From positions 1 through 28,006 of IMG/VR virus record IMGVR_UViG_3300017788_000131: a DNA stretch of 28,006 nucleotides; one strand, written 5' to 3'. The DNA is from a virus. Its lineage: Duplodnaviria > Caudoviricetes. The first letter of the stretch is position 1; every line of letters starts with the position of its first letter. Made by a program: the position numbers and the translations under genes. The notes beneath the pieces are model-generated. The model was not told the origin of the DNA. It worked only from the letters and a program-made list of their open reading frames with translations, and did no database searches. Positions 17,623 to 26,279 of this stretch are shown piece after piece.

Positions 17623-17903
17623 TTTTTTATGGCTTCAATAACTGTCCCGAGTTTGCTCCAGATTTGGAACGCTTCGGACACTGTTGCGCCCTCTACTCCC
17701 ATCTTCGACAACTCACTTGCGACATCGGCAAGGAACGCGCGTGTCGCGTACACTTGGCCGTTCTTTCGCTCGAGAGTGTGCCTCGCTTCCAGTTCATCGC
17801 AAAGCAGTCGCATCTCGAGCACATCCAAGAACGCTGTGCGCTCCTGGCCGTCTCGTTTGTACGCAACGGAAAAACTGTCGGAGGTAAGATCGATCTGTGC
17901 CAC
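17592..17903 (-). CDS. Probable tail assembly chaperone (lambda gpG-like, 103 aa)
   Basis: GTG start after AAGGA. A small helical protein ending IKKN over a slippery ATA AAA AAA AAT. Confidence 0.7.
   Translation of the reverse strand: MAQIDLTSDSFSVAYKRDGQERTAFLDVLEMRLLCDELEARHTLERKNGQVYATRAFLADVASELSKMGVEGATVSEAFQIWSKLGTVIEAIKKNTSGESGLE
17620..17628 (-). promoter_or_regulatory. Programmed -1 ribosomal frameshift slippery site (A AAA AAA)
   Basis: Nine consecutive A on the minus strand, phased as an X XXY YYZ heptamer about nine codons before the stop, with an open -1 frame downstream. Confidence 0.75.
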
Positions 17904-17918
17904 GCTTCTGTCCTTCTT

Positions 17919-19595
17919 TTAAGGGTTGTCCGGTGGAGGATTTTGCGACCCGGTTCCACCCGTGCCGGGGCTTGTGGTGCCACCCTGACTGGTGCCATCA
18001 CGGTTTTTCGACGAGTCCATGGAGGCCGGTAAATCTGAAAGCTGGTACAAGATTTCCCACTTGGCCGCGTACACTGGTTGGCAGTAAAAAATCCCGAGAA
18101 ACGCTGGCTTAAATGACTTGTCGATCATTGTTACCTTCGCGCCGGGGATCGTTAATTTTGGGATCGGTATGTCGTATCCCACACGGATCGCCATCCCTCG
18201 ATAAACGAGGCTAGTGGCGTAGCCAGGGTTCTTGGCGAGGATCGATGGAATCTCCGATCGCGCGTCGCGGCCTGCCTTTTTGAGTTCATTCAGGTTGAGC
18301 ACACCGTCTTCCAGCGCTTCCGGTCCCATGGGAACCCAGTGATCTCGCTCCATGCCGTACTGGTAGAGATCCAGAAAGCACTCGAAGTGCGCCCAGCTTT
18401 CGTTAGGTGGCGGTAGCGGGTTGCAAAGATGATCGGGTTGTGTGATCGTCGGATCGATGTGCGGATGATGAATATCTCGCACGTCGGGAAGCTCGCCATA
18501 GACCTGATTGACTAGGCGATCGTCGTCAATCGGATCCGGTTCGAGGTTGCTGATCCCGCGATGTTCTTCAATGTGGTGTACGGATTGCTCCCACGGCTCC
18601 CACCGAAGCTGAATAGGCTGAAATAGACCGGATTTTGCAAGCCATGCTTCCATGTCGCCGAGGGTTCGGTAGCTGACACTTGCAGATAAACCGAGCCCAA
18701 AGATTTCTTCCTCCACTTCTATCTGATCGATCAGCACTTGGACTTGCTGCGACTGCGTATAGTAGATTCGCTTGAGTACGATCTGCTGGAATACGAACCA
18801 CGCATATATCGTCGGCTGGTCGGCTGCGATCTCCACTTGGACGCTGATGTGGTGTTGCGTCGTCGCCATCTGCGATCGCGTTTTCGTCACCGAATGCGAC
18901 GCGCGAATTTCGATCACACCTGGAGGGTAGGGCTGTCGCGTCTTGATCTGCGTATCGACAATCGCAAACGATAGCGTTGCCTTATCTTCTGAAAGTGAGT
19001 ATTGCTGCCGACGCTCATAGCCCTCGGGCTTCTTGATCTTGATTTGATCTCGATAGTAGTCTGCGTTGTGGTTGATCCTGTTCGGAGAAACAAACACTTT
19101 CGCAACAGATAAAGATCCGTTCGTGGTGCGAGTTGTCCACCCACCGTTGTCGATGGAATACAACTGCGAGTAAACGAGCGAGGTAATCGGATTGAGGGTT
19201 TCCCCTGGAGATTCGGTAATCAGCACGTTGGCTTCCACCACCCAGTGCACCTCGATCGCCGAGGAATTGCTTGCCGCCATCGGCTGAAAGTGCATGAGCT
19301 TTGGGAACGGTCCTCCAAGACAATCCTTGATGTTTGCGTTACCTCCAATGTCGAGGTTGAACCCGATCCCTATTTCCTCGGCTATCAGCCTGCTACCACT
19401 GCGTGTCAGGTTTCTGCGGATCGTGTCCGCGTCGGATCCTAGCCCACTTACTTGCGCGATCACCGCATCGACTTCGATCTGTATCCGATGGTATTGCGTT
19501 TGGCGACCATCCGGCGTCTGCATAACCTCGATGCTAACTTTCCGCTTTTGCCCAATTCCAAGGGAAATTCCGTTGTAAGTAAGTGTTTCTGGCAT
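17919..19595 (-). CDS. Hypothetical tail-associated protein (558 aa)
   Basis: TAATG-coupled to the tape-measure-like gene. It begins LTYNGISL, reminiscent of distal tail protein N-termini. Assignment is positional. Confidence 0.45.
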   Translation of the reverse strand: MPETLTYNGISLGIGQKRKVSIEVMQTPDGRQTQYHRIQIEVDAVIAQVSGLGSDADTIRRNLTRSGSRLIAEEIGIGFNLDIGGNANIKDCLGGPFPKLMHFQPMAASNSSAIEVHWVVEANVLITESPGETLNPITSLVYSQLYSIDNGGWTTRTTNGSLSVAKVFVSPNRINHNADYYRDQIKIKKPEGYERRQQYSLSEDKATLSFAIVDTQIKTRQPYPPGVIEIRASHSVTKTRSQMATTQHHISVQVEIAADQPTIYAWFVFQQIVLKRIYYTQSQQVQVLIDQIEVEEEIFGLGLSASVSYRTLGDMEAWLAKSGLFQPIQLRWEPWEQSVHHIEEHRGISNLEPDPIDDDRLVNQVYGELPDVRDIHHPHIDPTITQPDHLCNPLPPPNESWAHFECFLDLYQYGMERDHWVPMGPEALEDGVLNLNELKKAGRDARSEIPSILAKNPGYATSLVYRGMAIRVGYDIPIPKLTIPGAKVTMIDKSFKPAFLGIFYCQPVYAAKWEILYQLSDLPASMDSSKNRDGTSQGGTTSPGTGGTGSQNPPPDNP

Positions 19596-21844
19596 TAAAG
19601 CGCCCTCATCTTTTCGACGAGTTGCTTCATTACTGCCGGATCAATCGCTTGCGGAGGCCCAAACGCATTGACTAGCATATCCATCATTGGATCGCCCTTG
19701 TCTCTGCGATTCTTCTCCTCTTCTCTGCGATCGTGCTTCGTCCAGATTCTCCCAACGGTTGTGGAGTGCTGCTCCCATTTCTCTCGCCACAGGGCATCTT
19801 CTTTGGCTTCGTCACCTAGCAAATTCAGCCAATCGATAATAGTCGCCTCGATAACTGCTGACGACGATCCGATCGCTTCTACGACGTTACTCGTCGTGTT
19901 AATCCCATCTATCAGCATTTCGATCAATGGAATCATACGTTCACCCAGGTCGACAAACCGATCCGTCACAACGTCCTTGAGGTTGTTGATAGCTTCGTCG
20001 AGCCTGTCTTTAGTCTCGCCAACTCGCGCCAGTGTTGCACCTCGCTCTTGAGCGCGATCGATCAATCGCATTTGCCGCCTAACGTCGGTTTCGGCGCGCT
20101 GCTTGGCGATGTCTGCGCTGTACCCCTCTAGTTCGTCCGCTTGCTTGGCGGCTGCATCTCCAATTTTGTCGAACGCCTTGTAGACCAAGTACCCTGCGGC
20201 TGCGACGGAGGCTAGCGACACTGCGACCGCTGCCGCTGCCCATCCTGGCGGACCCATCGCCGCTGCGAGCCTCGCCAATCCTCCAGCGGCTCGCGTTGCA
20301 CCAGCTTCGAGCGCCGCTGCCCCCTCTGCTGCTCCTGCTGCCGCTCCTGCTGCTTCCCCGGCAGTGGCGGCTTCGGCGACCGCTGCGGTCTCGGCGGCTG
20401 CTCCTGCTTCGCCACCTTCTACCGCCTTGGCGACTTGATTGATGGTCCCAATGTCAGGCATCGACGCGCCGCTTGATTTGTTTTCCTCCTTCTCTCCGAA
20501 TAAAAATTCGTCTTCGGCGGAAGACGCTTGAGCGGTGTGGTTCGGTTTCCGTTCGTCCGGCTTGTACGGAATGTTAAATTCGTCAAACATCCACTCGTCA
20601 TCGTCCACGCCAGTTTTCGTAGCTTTCGTAGCGATGCTGTTGTTATGCAGATCCTCGATTGCGTTGCCGCTGTCATCTCTGATCGCTGCGTCTTTTTTTT
20701 CGGCTTCGGCTGTCCCTTCGATCGCACTGACAATTCGAGTTGCCGCGTTTGCTATGTGCGATGGATCGGTGTTAGCGTCAATTGCCTTTAGCGCTGGATC
20801 GCTGTCTGTGTCTTGCTTCACGGGCTCCATGCCGGGCTCATCGAAGAGCTTCGCCAATCCGCCAATCATAGAATCCAGCATCGATCGCCACCAAGACTGA
20901 TCGGGCTGCTTAGACGGCTCGGGCTTCGCGGGCTTCTGCTCTGCTTTCACCTCCGGTGTCGACGGCTGCGGCTTCGCGGGCTTCTGCTCTGCTTTTGCTT
21001 CCGGCGTCGGCGAGGGATCCGGCTTGGTCGGCTTTTCCTCCGGAAACAAGAAAGCGTCGGGAGTATCCTCGGCTTTTACTTTGGTCGGTGCGGGATCCGG
21101 CGTCGGAACAGGCTCGGGCTTGGTAGGTCGCTCTTCCGGAAACAAGAAAGCGTCGGGAGTATCTTCGGCTTCTACTTTGGTCGGTGCAGGATCCGGCGTC
21201 AAAATGGGATCCGGCTTGGTAGGTGCTGGTTGCGGAGGCGGAGGTATTACTTCTGCCTCTCGTTCGAGTTTGCTCGCGGTCGCTAGTTCTGGCTTCGATG
21301 CCGCTGTAGGCTGCGGTGCGGACTGCGGTGCGGGCTGCGGTGTGACTGGCGTTTCTTTGTCTGCTTTGGTCTGTGTCTTTGGCGGCTCGCGACTATCTCG
21401 CTTGAGCGCAAGATCATTCGCGCGATCCGCGATCCTTTGGTATAATCGCACGGCTGCGAGAGCACCATCAAACACTTTCCGTGTTTGCGAGATTGTCTCG
21501 AGAATTGGCTGAAAAGACTTTGCGAGGTGCGACGAATCGACGATGATTTTCGTCGCTTCCTTGACCGCACCCAGATGCTTATCTCGAGACGATTCCTCTG
21601 GAGTCTTTTTGCTGGTCGTAGGAGCCCGATCGGCCTGCTCGTTTGCCGGGGTGGCACGAGTATCGGCTACGCTCGCAGGCCGATCGGTTTTCGTTGGTGA
21701 TGGGGCAGGACTGGTCGATGGCGGCGCTGGGTCCGGACGTGCCGGTGCTGGTCTTGGAGGTGCTTCATGTCGCACGGGATCCGAGGTTGCCGTCGATGTT
21801 GTGGTTTCATCGACCAGTACGATATGGAACTTCGCGCCATCCAC
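19595..21844 (-). CDS. Tape-measure-like protein with long Pro-rich repetitive region (749 aa)
   Basis: Follows the tail tube gene. It has an Ala/Gly-rich hydrophobic segment (AAAMGPPGWAAAAVAVSLASVAAAGYLVY) followed by amphipathic helical sequence typical of tape measure proteins. Confidence 0.6.
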   Translation of the reverse strand: MDGAKFHIVLVDETTTSTATSDPVRHEAPPRPAPARPDPAPPSTSPAPSPTKTDRPASVADTRATPANEQADRAPTTSKKTPEESSRDKHLGAVKEATKIIVDSSHLAKSFQPILETISQTRKVFDGALAAVRLYQRIADRANDLALKRDSREPPKTQTKADKETPVTPQPAPQSAPQPTAASKPELATASKLEREAEVIPPPPQPAPTKPDPILTPDPAPTKVEAEDTPDAFLFPEERPTKPEPVPTPDPAPTKVKAEDTPDAFLFPEEKPTKPDPSPTPEAKAEQKPAKPQPSTPEVKAEQKPAKPEPSKQPDQSWWRSMLDSMIGGLAKLFDEPGMEPVKQDTDSDPALKAIDANTDPSHIANAATRIVSAIEGTAEAEKKDAAIRDDSGNAIEDLHNNSIATKATKTGVDDDEWMFDEFNIPYKPDERKPNHTAQASSAEDEFLFGEKEENKSSGASMPDIGTINQVAKAVEGGEAGAAAETAAVAEAATAGEAAGAAAGAAEGAAALEAGATRAAGGLARLAAAMGPPGWAAAAVAVSLASVAAAGYLVYKAFDKIGDAAAKQADELEGYSADIAKQRAETDVRRQMRLIDRAQERGATLARVGETKDRLDEAINNLKDVVTDRFVDLGERMIPLIEMLIDGINTTSNVVEAIGSSSAVIEATIIDWLNLLGDEAKEDALWREKWEQHSTTVGRIWTKHDRREEEKNRRDKGDPMMDMLVNAFGPPQAIDPAVMKQLVEKMRAL
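20915..21223 (-). repeat. Intragenic tandem repeats: 96-bp unit (two full copies plus a partial third) and 48-bp unit (two copies)
   Basis: PTKP(D/E)P..TPDPAPTKV.AEDTPDAFLFPEE units start at 21223, 21127 and 21031 (partial). KAEQKPAKP copies lie at ~20922 and ~20970. Confidence 0.9.
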
Positions 21845-21853
21845 TTTGTGGCA

Positions 21854-22336
21854 CTAGCTTGCTGCGACGAACGAGCCGTTGGTCTGGTTCGGATACGCGC
21901 GGAGCCGAATTGGCACTTCGCGAAGGTCTGGACCTTGCAGAAGCGTGACCGGGAAGTTTTCGTGCAACACTGTTTGGTACAGCGTGATCGTCGCTGGGAG
22001 TGGACCTGGGTTGACTTCCATCGCTGTCAGGACAAGCGGTTTGACGTTTGCGGTCGCCCCCCCAGCGCCGACATCCAACTGCCCGATCTTGGCAGTTACA
22101 TATCCGCTGGCGTAAGGATTGATGAGAGTTTGCACCGCTGCCGCGTCGAACTCAATCAAGGTCATCTCGACGGTCACTTCCATGCCTTGGTTGATCGCAT
22201 CTTGCGCTGTTTGACCCCACTTGTCGCCTTGTATGATCTTCTTCATAAATTGATGCGAGATCCTGTATCCTTCGCGAGTCTGTCCGACTGCGAGCGCGTT
22301 CCAAGTTGCCGTGTAACGGCCTGTTATGAATGCCAT
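21854..22336 (-). CDS. Tail tube (major tail) protein (160 aa)
   Basis: Size, position, AGGAG RBS, and the pattern VGQTREGY...QDAINQGMEVTVEMTLIEF...VPIRLRAYP typical of tube proteins. Confidence 0.7.
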   Translation of the reverse strand: MAFITGRYTATWNALAVGQTREGYRISHQFMKKIIQGDKWGQTAQDAINQGMEVTVEMTLIEFDAAAVQTLINPYASGYVTAKIGQLDVGAGGATANVKPLVLTAMEVNPGPLPATITLYQTVLHENFPVTLLQGPDLREVPIRLRAYPNQTNGSFVAAS

Positions 22337-22339
22337 AGG

Positions 22340-22699
22340 TCATCTCCTGTTAGTTAAACAGCCGGGACAGTTAGCCACCTCGACCGCTCTGGTCGCGGCC
22401 TCCAAATTCGTGAACGTCGCAAGGTAGGCGCGGTCGTTATCGCAAGCGATCTTCCATCGCAATCCGCCGTCACCCTCGATCGGGCCTTTGGCGTCCTGAA
22501 CTAAAAGATGTGTGAGAACTTGCACACCTACATAGGGCTGCTTGTACGCACCGCACTTGGGGCACGCGAAGCGATCGTGATCGACACGGAACGTGAAGTA
22601 TTCGTTGGTTTGCGGGTTGGGCTTGCACTCAGTGTTCAGGCAGTAGCCCATCACTTGCTGCTTGGATGTTCGATCGCTGGGTATGATTACTCCACTCAT
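22340..22699 (-). CDS. Small Cys-rich putative zinc-binding protein (119 aa)
   Basis: Start reassigned to ATG 22699 (GGAGG RBS, ATGA overlap). Contains CLNTEC, CPKC, H...C and CPGC. Confidence 0.75.
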   Translation of the reverse strand: MSGVIIPSDRTSKQQVMGYCLNTECKPNPQTNEYFTFRVDHDRFACPKCGAYKQPYVGVQVLTHLLVQDAKGPIEGDGGLRWKIACDNDRAYLATFTNLEAATRAVEVANCPGCLTNRR

Positions 22700-23256
22700 A
22701 CCGCCTCCAATCGCCGGATCCGGCCTAGGGTGACGCCGCGAGTCACTCCCGCCATAACGTCGGTGCCACCTGCCGACGCTTGGGACGACGCGCCATACGC
22801 ATCTACCGCAACGCCACGAACGCGGGGATCGATCGAAACGAGTCGCAGATAGCCGATGAACGGTCCAGCCGTTGGTTTGAGGGCTGCGAGAATCTGGTTC
22901 GCTCGCACCGTGACCACTGCCTTCCAGTCGACCGCGTAAATCACCTTGTCGAGCAAGGCATTTACGCCCGAAAGTTGATCGAGGTAGAGCGTGCGCCGCT
23001 TGTCTCGAGGGACGCTGCGAGACCTCAAGAAGACGCTTACGCGACATCCGTACTCCAGATCCCGAGTCGTTCCGCTGGATTGATGCACGTTTCCGAGGCT
23101 GATACTGGCGGGCACGATCGAGACGTGCAGATCGCCCGCTGTCTGCGGTACAAAATCCTCGTCGGACTCAATGGTGCACTGATCGTTGGTCAGACCCAGT
23201 GCGGTCTTTACTGCTTCCTCAACGGCTTGCAAAAGGCAGGGTTCAGCGCTAAGCAC
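22696..23256 (-). CDS. Putative tail terminator/completion protein (186 aa)
   Basis: Size and position between the gpG-like gene and the tail tube, with an alpha/beta pattern. Inference. Confidence 0.5.
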   Translation of the reverse strand: MLSAEPCLLQAVEEAVKTALGLTNDQCTIESDEDFVPQTAGDLHVSIVPASISLGNVHQSSGTTRDLEYGCRVSVFLRSRSVPRDKRRTLYLDQLSGVNALLDKVIYAVDWKAVVTVRANQILAALKPTAGPFIGYLRLVSIDPRVRGVAVDAYGASSQASAGGTDVMAGVTRGVTLGRIRRLEAV

Positions 23257-24082
23257 CTCGAGCCCCCTTTGCGACTGCTCGCGTCAATCCGGATTGCAGA
23301 GCTCGCTCCAGCGCTCCCATCCATCGCTCGAGCCACACTTGCGGGCACTTGGCTGGCAGGAAAGGTCGGGCTGGGAGTTTCCGCTGCGGAACGCCGTAGT
23401 TGTGCGCGGCCGCGTACTTGACGTTGGTTCCGACGATCACACCGTTTGCGATAGTCTGGAACACTTGCCCGCCATCGGCATCGGGCAGCGGTGGTCGGTA
23501 CGATACGCCATCGCTACCCAATTCGCCGGGGGACAGGGAGTTAAGCAGAACACCAGTATCTCGCAAAATCTCATGGGGACGGTTGCCGTAGACTTGGAGC
23601 TTGGTTTGTCCGCCCTCGGCCTTGATTCGATTCCACGCCATGCCCGCCGCGATCGATCGGGCGGTTTCGGGATCGTACTTAGTAATGAGCCATGCGAGGT
23701 TGCGCCGGAAGTAGAGGCGCCACTGCCGCAACTGTGCAGCCGACAGAAGCCCGGTCCCAACAGGCGCGTACTTGTGACCCCTGTTCAGCCCAGCCGCCCG
23801 CTTGAGTCGAGTTTGCTCCCCTGGTCCGAACCTACGAGAGTAGGCTAGCGTTGCAGGCTGCAAGGGAGCCCATTTTACGCCATCTTCGCCTACACCCCCT
23901 CGAGCCTTGCGAACGAAGTCCGCGTGAATGTCCGAGAGTGCAGCGAATCCTAGTGCGGTAAAAACACCTCGCGCCGTGTTTTCTACGTCGGGAGCCTGTC
24001 CAACCAGCGCAGCATGAATGCGGCGCACCATGGCTGCGGCTTGCTGCTTGTCGCCTCGAAAGTATGCCCTAGTAGTAACCAA
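23249..24082 (-). CDS. Mu gpG-like phage virion morphogenesis protein (~277 aa)
   Basis: Motifs GVKWAPL, ILRDTGVLLNSL, VGTNVKYAAAHNYG and LPARPFL. Start reassigned to TTG 24082, with GGAG 10 nt upstream. Confidence 0.85.
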   Translation of the reverse strand: MVTTRAYFRGDKQQAAAMVRRIHAALVGQAPDVENTARGVFTALGFAALSDIHADFVRKARGGVGEDGVKWAPLQPATLAYSRRFGPGEQTRLKRAAGLNRGHKYAPVGTGLLSAAQLRQWRLYFRRNLAWLITKYDPETARSIAAGMAWNRIKAEGGQTKLQVYGNRPHEILRDTGVLLNSLSPGELGSDGVSYRPPLPDADGGQVFQTIANGVIVGTNVKYAAAHNYGVPQRKLPARPFLPAKCPQVWLERWMGALERALQSGLTRAVAKGARGA

Positions 24083-24563
24083 CGCGGGTAATCTCCGTGT
24101 CTTGCGGGCGTTCCTTGGGCATGTTGGTCGAGTTGATTGCGACTCTCTGTTGCCGCCGTGCGTATCGTCGATCGATGTGCATGTTGCTGAACATCGGGAC
24201 GTTGATTCCCTTGAGTCGAACGCCTGGGATCCGCATCTCGTCGCGCATGATGAGAGGGAGTTTTTCAACGATCCGTTGATACTCGGCGACCAGCGACTCA
24301 GGCACAGGATTACCTCTGCGTTCGCACAGATAAACCGCCGACATCACTACGCACCATTGGCGTAGCATTCGATTGGTTTTCACTCCCTCTTCCTCGTAGC
24401 GACGAAGAACGTAGAGATTGATCTCGTCGGTGGCTTGCGCAATGCAATCCTCGAGAGTGGCCTCTGAACCGCGCAGGTCATGCGCAGCGAACGCCGCTAC
24501 TCCGGTGTCCCCGAAGAAGTTGGTAACGTCTTCGGGGGTCGCATAGTTCCATGTAATTGCCAC
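24069..24563 (-). CDS. Mu gp36/DUF1320-like head-tail adaptor (164 aa)
   Basis: YATPED...IAQATDEINLYVLRRY...WC...AVYL..RRG pattern, directly after the capsid gene. Confidence 0.8.
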   Translation of the reverse strand: MAITWNYATPEDVTNFFGDTGVAAFAAHDLRGSEATLEDCIAQATDEINLYVLRRYEEEGVKTNRMLRQWCVVMSAVYLCERRGNPVPESLVAEYQRIVEKLPLIMRDEMRIPGVRLKGINVPMFSNMHIDRRYARRQQRVAINSTNMPKERPQDTEITRVGYY

Positions 24564-24583
24564 CGCTACTCCGTTTCATCGCA

Positions 24584-25735
24584 CTAGAACACGACGGTTC
24601 CGATTGCGAGGTTGCTGGGGACTTGGTGGAGCATCAAAGCGTTGTCGAGGACAAATAATTCGGTGCTCGTTGGGTTGGAAATTTCTCGCGACCATGCGGA
24701 CAGGCCGAATCGCTCGGTCTTTGGTCCACCGTCGTACTCGGCGACAGGTTCACCGGCGACGTAGCATTCGATGTCCGCGCCGCCGGTCACGGTGTCCGAC
24801 GCGACAAAGAACGCAGTGTTGGCGGGAACGTGCGGGGTAAACACTTCTGCGCCGGGTTCGCCGATCTCGAGACCTTCATCGGTGATGCACCATTCGCACC
24901 ATGGCATGAAGCTCAGGCGAGCCTTAAAGTTTTGCACAGGCTTCCCATCAGGTCCGCTGGCAGTTTCCTTGGACAAAATCTCATAGGGCTGATTCGCCGT
25001 ACCGTGCGCCTCTTGCACCGCATCATTTTTGAGGACCAGCGACCAGATTTGCGACGTGGTAACGATCTTTGCCAAACCGGAGCCCGTGAGGCGTTGGAAC
25101 GCCGCATGGATCGAGTACAGGTTGGTCGGGATGTCCGCCGATGCGGTGGTTGCCCACGATGTGCTTATGATGTTCCCACCCCCGACCATGTTCAGTTGCG
25201 ACTTGTTGCCCGCCGGAACGCGAGTCTGGAGTTGACCCGACGAGTTGGCGCTTGCATAGGTCCAGTACCACGAATCGCCAACGATCTTGTAGTACAGGCT
25301 GTCGCGCAGCATCCCGACCAACATCGCAGTTCGCCAGTTGGATGCGAGTTGAGCTAAGTAGCCGGTCTGCATCTGGATCATCTTGGCTCCCGCCTTGTCG
25401 CGGGTTGCCGGATCGTCGATCCTTCCGATGTTGTTCACCTGTTCCGCCAGCAGTGGGATCGAAGAGTGCATCCGAGGATACTCGAACGGAACTCGCGATG
25501 CGATCTGCATCTGCATCCGTCCAGCTGCCGTACCGGGCGCTCGGCCTTGAGCCGTCTTGAGGGTGTTGTTGAAAATGTGATAGGCGCCCAAGCGTCCATG
25601 CCCCATGTTCGTTTCATTCGGCCCGCCGGGCTGCACACCAAATTCCTTGAGCAAAGCTCCAGAAGCCTCTACCCGCTGGCTGATAACCTTGGTGAGTACC
25701 TGTGGTTTGAAAATATCTTGAAAAATGTTTGGCAT
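24584..25735 (-). CDS. Major capsid protein (lambda gpE-like, 383 aa)
   Basis: Size, position after the protease and decoration genes, and an HK97-fold E-family-like pattern (W.T..ADIP.NL, KIVTTSQIWSLVLKN, NPTSTELF). Confidence 0.8.
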   Translation of the reverse strand: MPNIFQDIFKPQVLTKVISQRVEASGALLKEFGVQPGGPNETNMGHGRLGAYHIFNNTLKTAQGRAPGTAAGRMQMQIASRVPFEYPRMHSSIPLLAEQVNNIGRIDDPATRDKAGAKMIQMQTGYLAQLASNWRTAMLVGMLRDSLYYKIVGDSWYWTYASANSSGQLQTRVPAGNKSQLNMVGGGNIISTSWATTASADIPTNLYSIHAAFQRLTGSGLAKIVTTSQIWSLVLKNDAVQEAHGTANQPYEILSKETASGPDGKPVQNFKARLSFMPWCEWCITDEGLEIGEPGAEVFTPHVPANTAFFVASDTVTGGADIECYVAGEPVAEYDGGPKTERFGLSAWSREISNPTSTELFVLDNALMLHQVPSNLAIGTVVF

Positions 25736-25742
25736 CTTCTAA

Positions 25743-25766
25743 TCCTTGGTGCCACCCTTGGAAGAA
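25743..25766 (-). promoter_or_regulatory. Conserved leader motif upstream of the capsid gene (includes AGGA RBS)
   Basis: 21/24 identical to 26249-26272. Confidence 0.6.
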
Positions 25767-25793
25767 GAAAATCGTGGTCTTGGAGCTTAGCGA

Positions 25794-26240
25794 TTAGGCT
25801 GGCAATTCATCGTCGAAAATGAAGCAACGCCCAACTGCCTTCAGCGCCGTCCTTGCAGCCGATTCATTGGTGTGCCCAACGAACGCAGCGCCCTGGATGA
25901 GCAACTGCGAAGCGCGGATGTCGCCCGAGACAAGGATCCGCACAGTCTGGTCTTCGTTGTTGCCCGAGTCGTCAATGACTCGAACGTCGTCAAGCAAGAT
26001 CCCGACAGGGTTCTGGCTACCGTCTGACGCACCAGCGACGTACTGGACAAGTTTTCTGGAAGCAGTGATCTGTCCGAGCACCATCCCCCCTCGCAACGTG
26101 GTGGTTGGGGTGTTGACGGCATCGCGGGCTGTCCCTGCGAGAATGCGAGTGACGATAGTAGCGCGAACGCGACCATCAGAAACGAACAAAATCGGACGGG
26201 TTGCGAGTGCATCAGTTACATTTCCTACGCCAAGAGCCAT
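25794..26240 (-). CDS. Head decoration protein (lambda gpD-like, 148 aa)
   Basis: LRGGMVLGQITASRKLVQY..GASDGSQNPVGIL matches the head decoration family pattern. Confidence 0.85.
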   Translation of the reverse strand: MALGVGNVTDALATRPILFVSDGRVRATIVTRILAGTARDAVNTPTTTLRGGMVLGQITASRKLVQYVAGASDGSQNPVGILLDDVRVIDDSGNNEDQTVRILVSGDIRASQLLIQGAAFVGHTNESAARTALKAVGRCFIFDDELPA

Positions 26241-26248
26241 GGTTTAGT

Positions 26249-26272
26249 TCCTCGGTGCCACCCTCAGAAGAA
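26249..26272 (-). promoter_or_regulatory. Conserved leader motif upstream of the decoration gene (includes GAGGA RBS)
   Basis: 21/24 identical to 25743-25766. Confidence 0.6.
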
Positions 26273-26279
26273 TTGTGAG

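Noticed and set aside
22700-23047. 5' extension of the 235 aa ORF in the track
   Set aside because: It overlaps the 186 aa gene entirely. The ATG at 22699 has an RBS and stop-start coupling.
24083-24268. 5' extension of the gpG-like ORF
   Set aside because: It overlaps the gp36-like gene. The TTG at 24082 with GGAG is the better start.
17359-25735. Contractile injection system or gene transfer agent interpretation
   Set aside because: No sheath or baseplate wedge genes were recognised. Capsid, portal, MuF and an adjacent integrase fit a temperate phage better.
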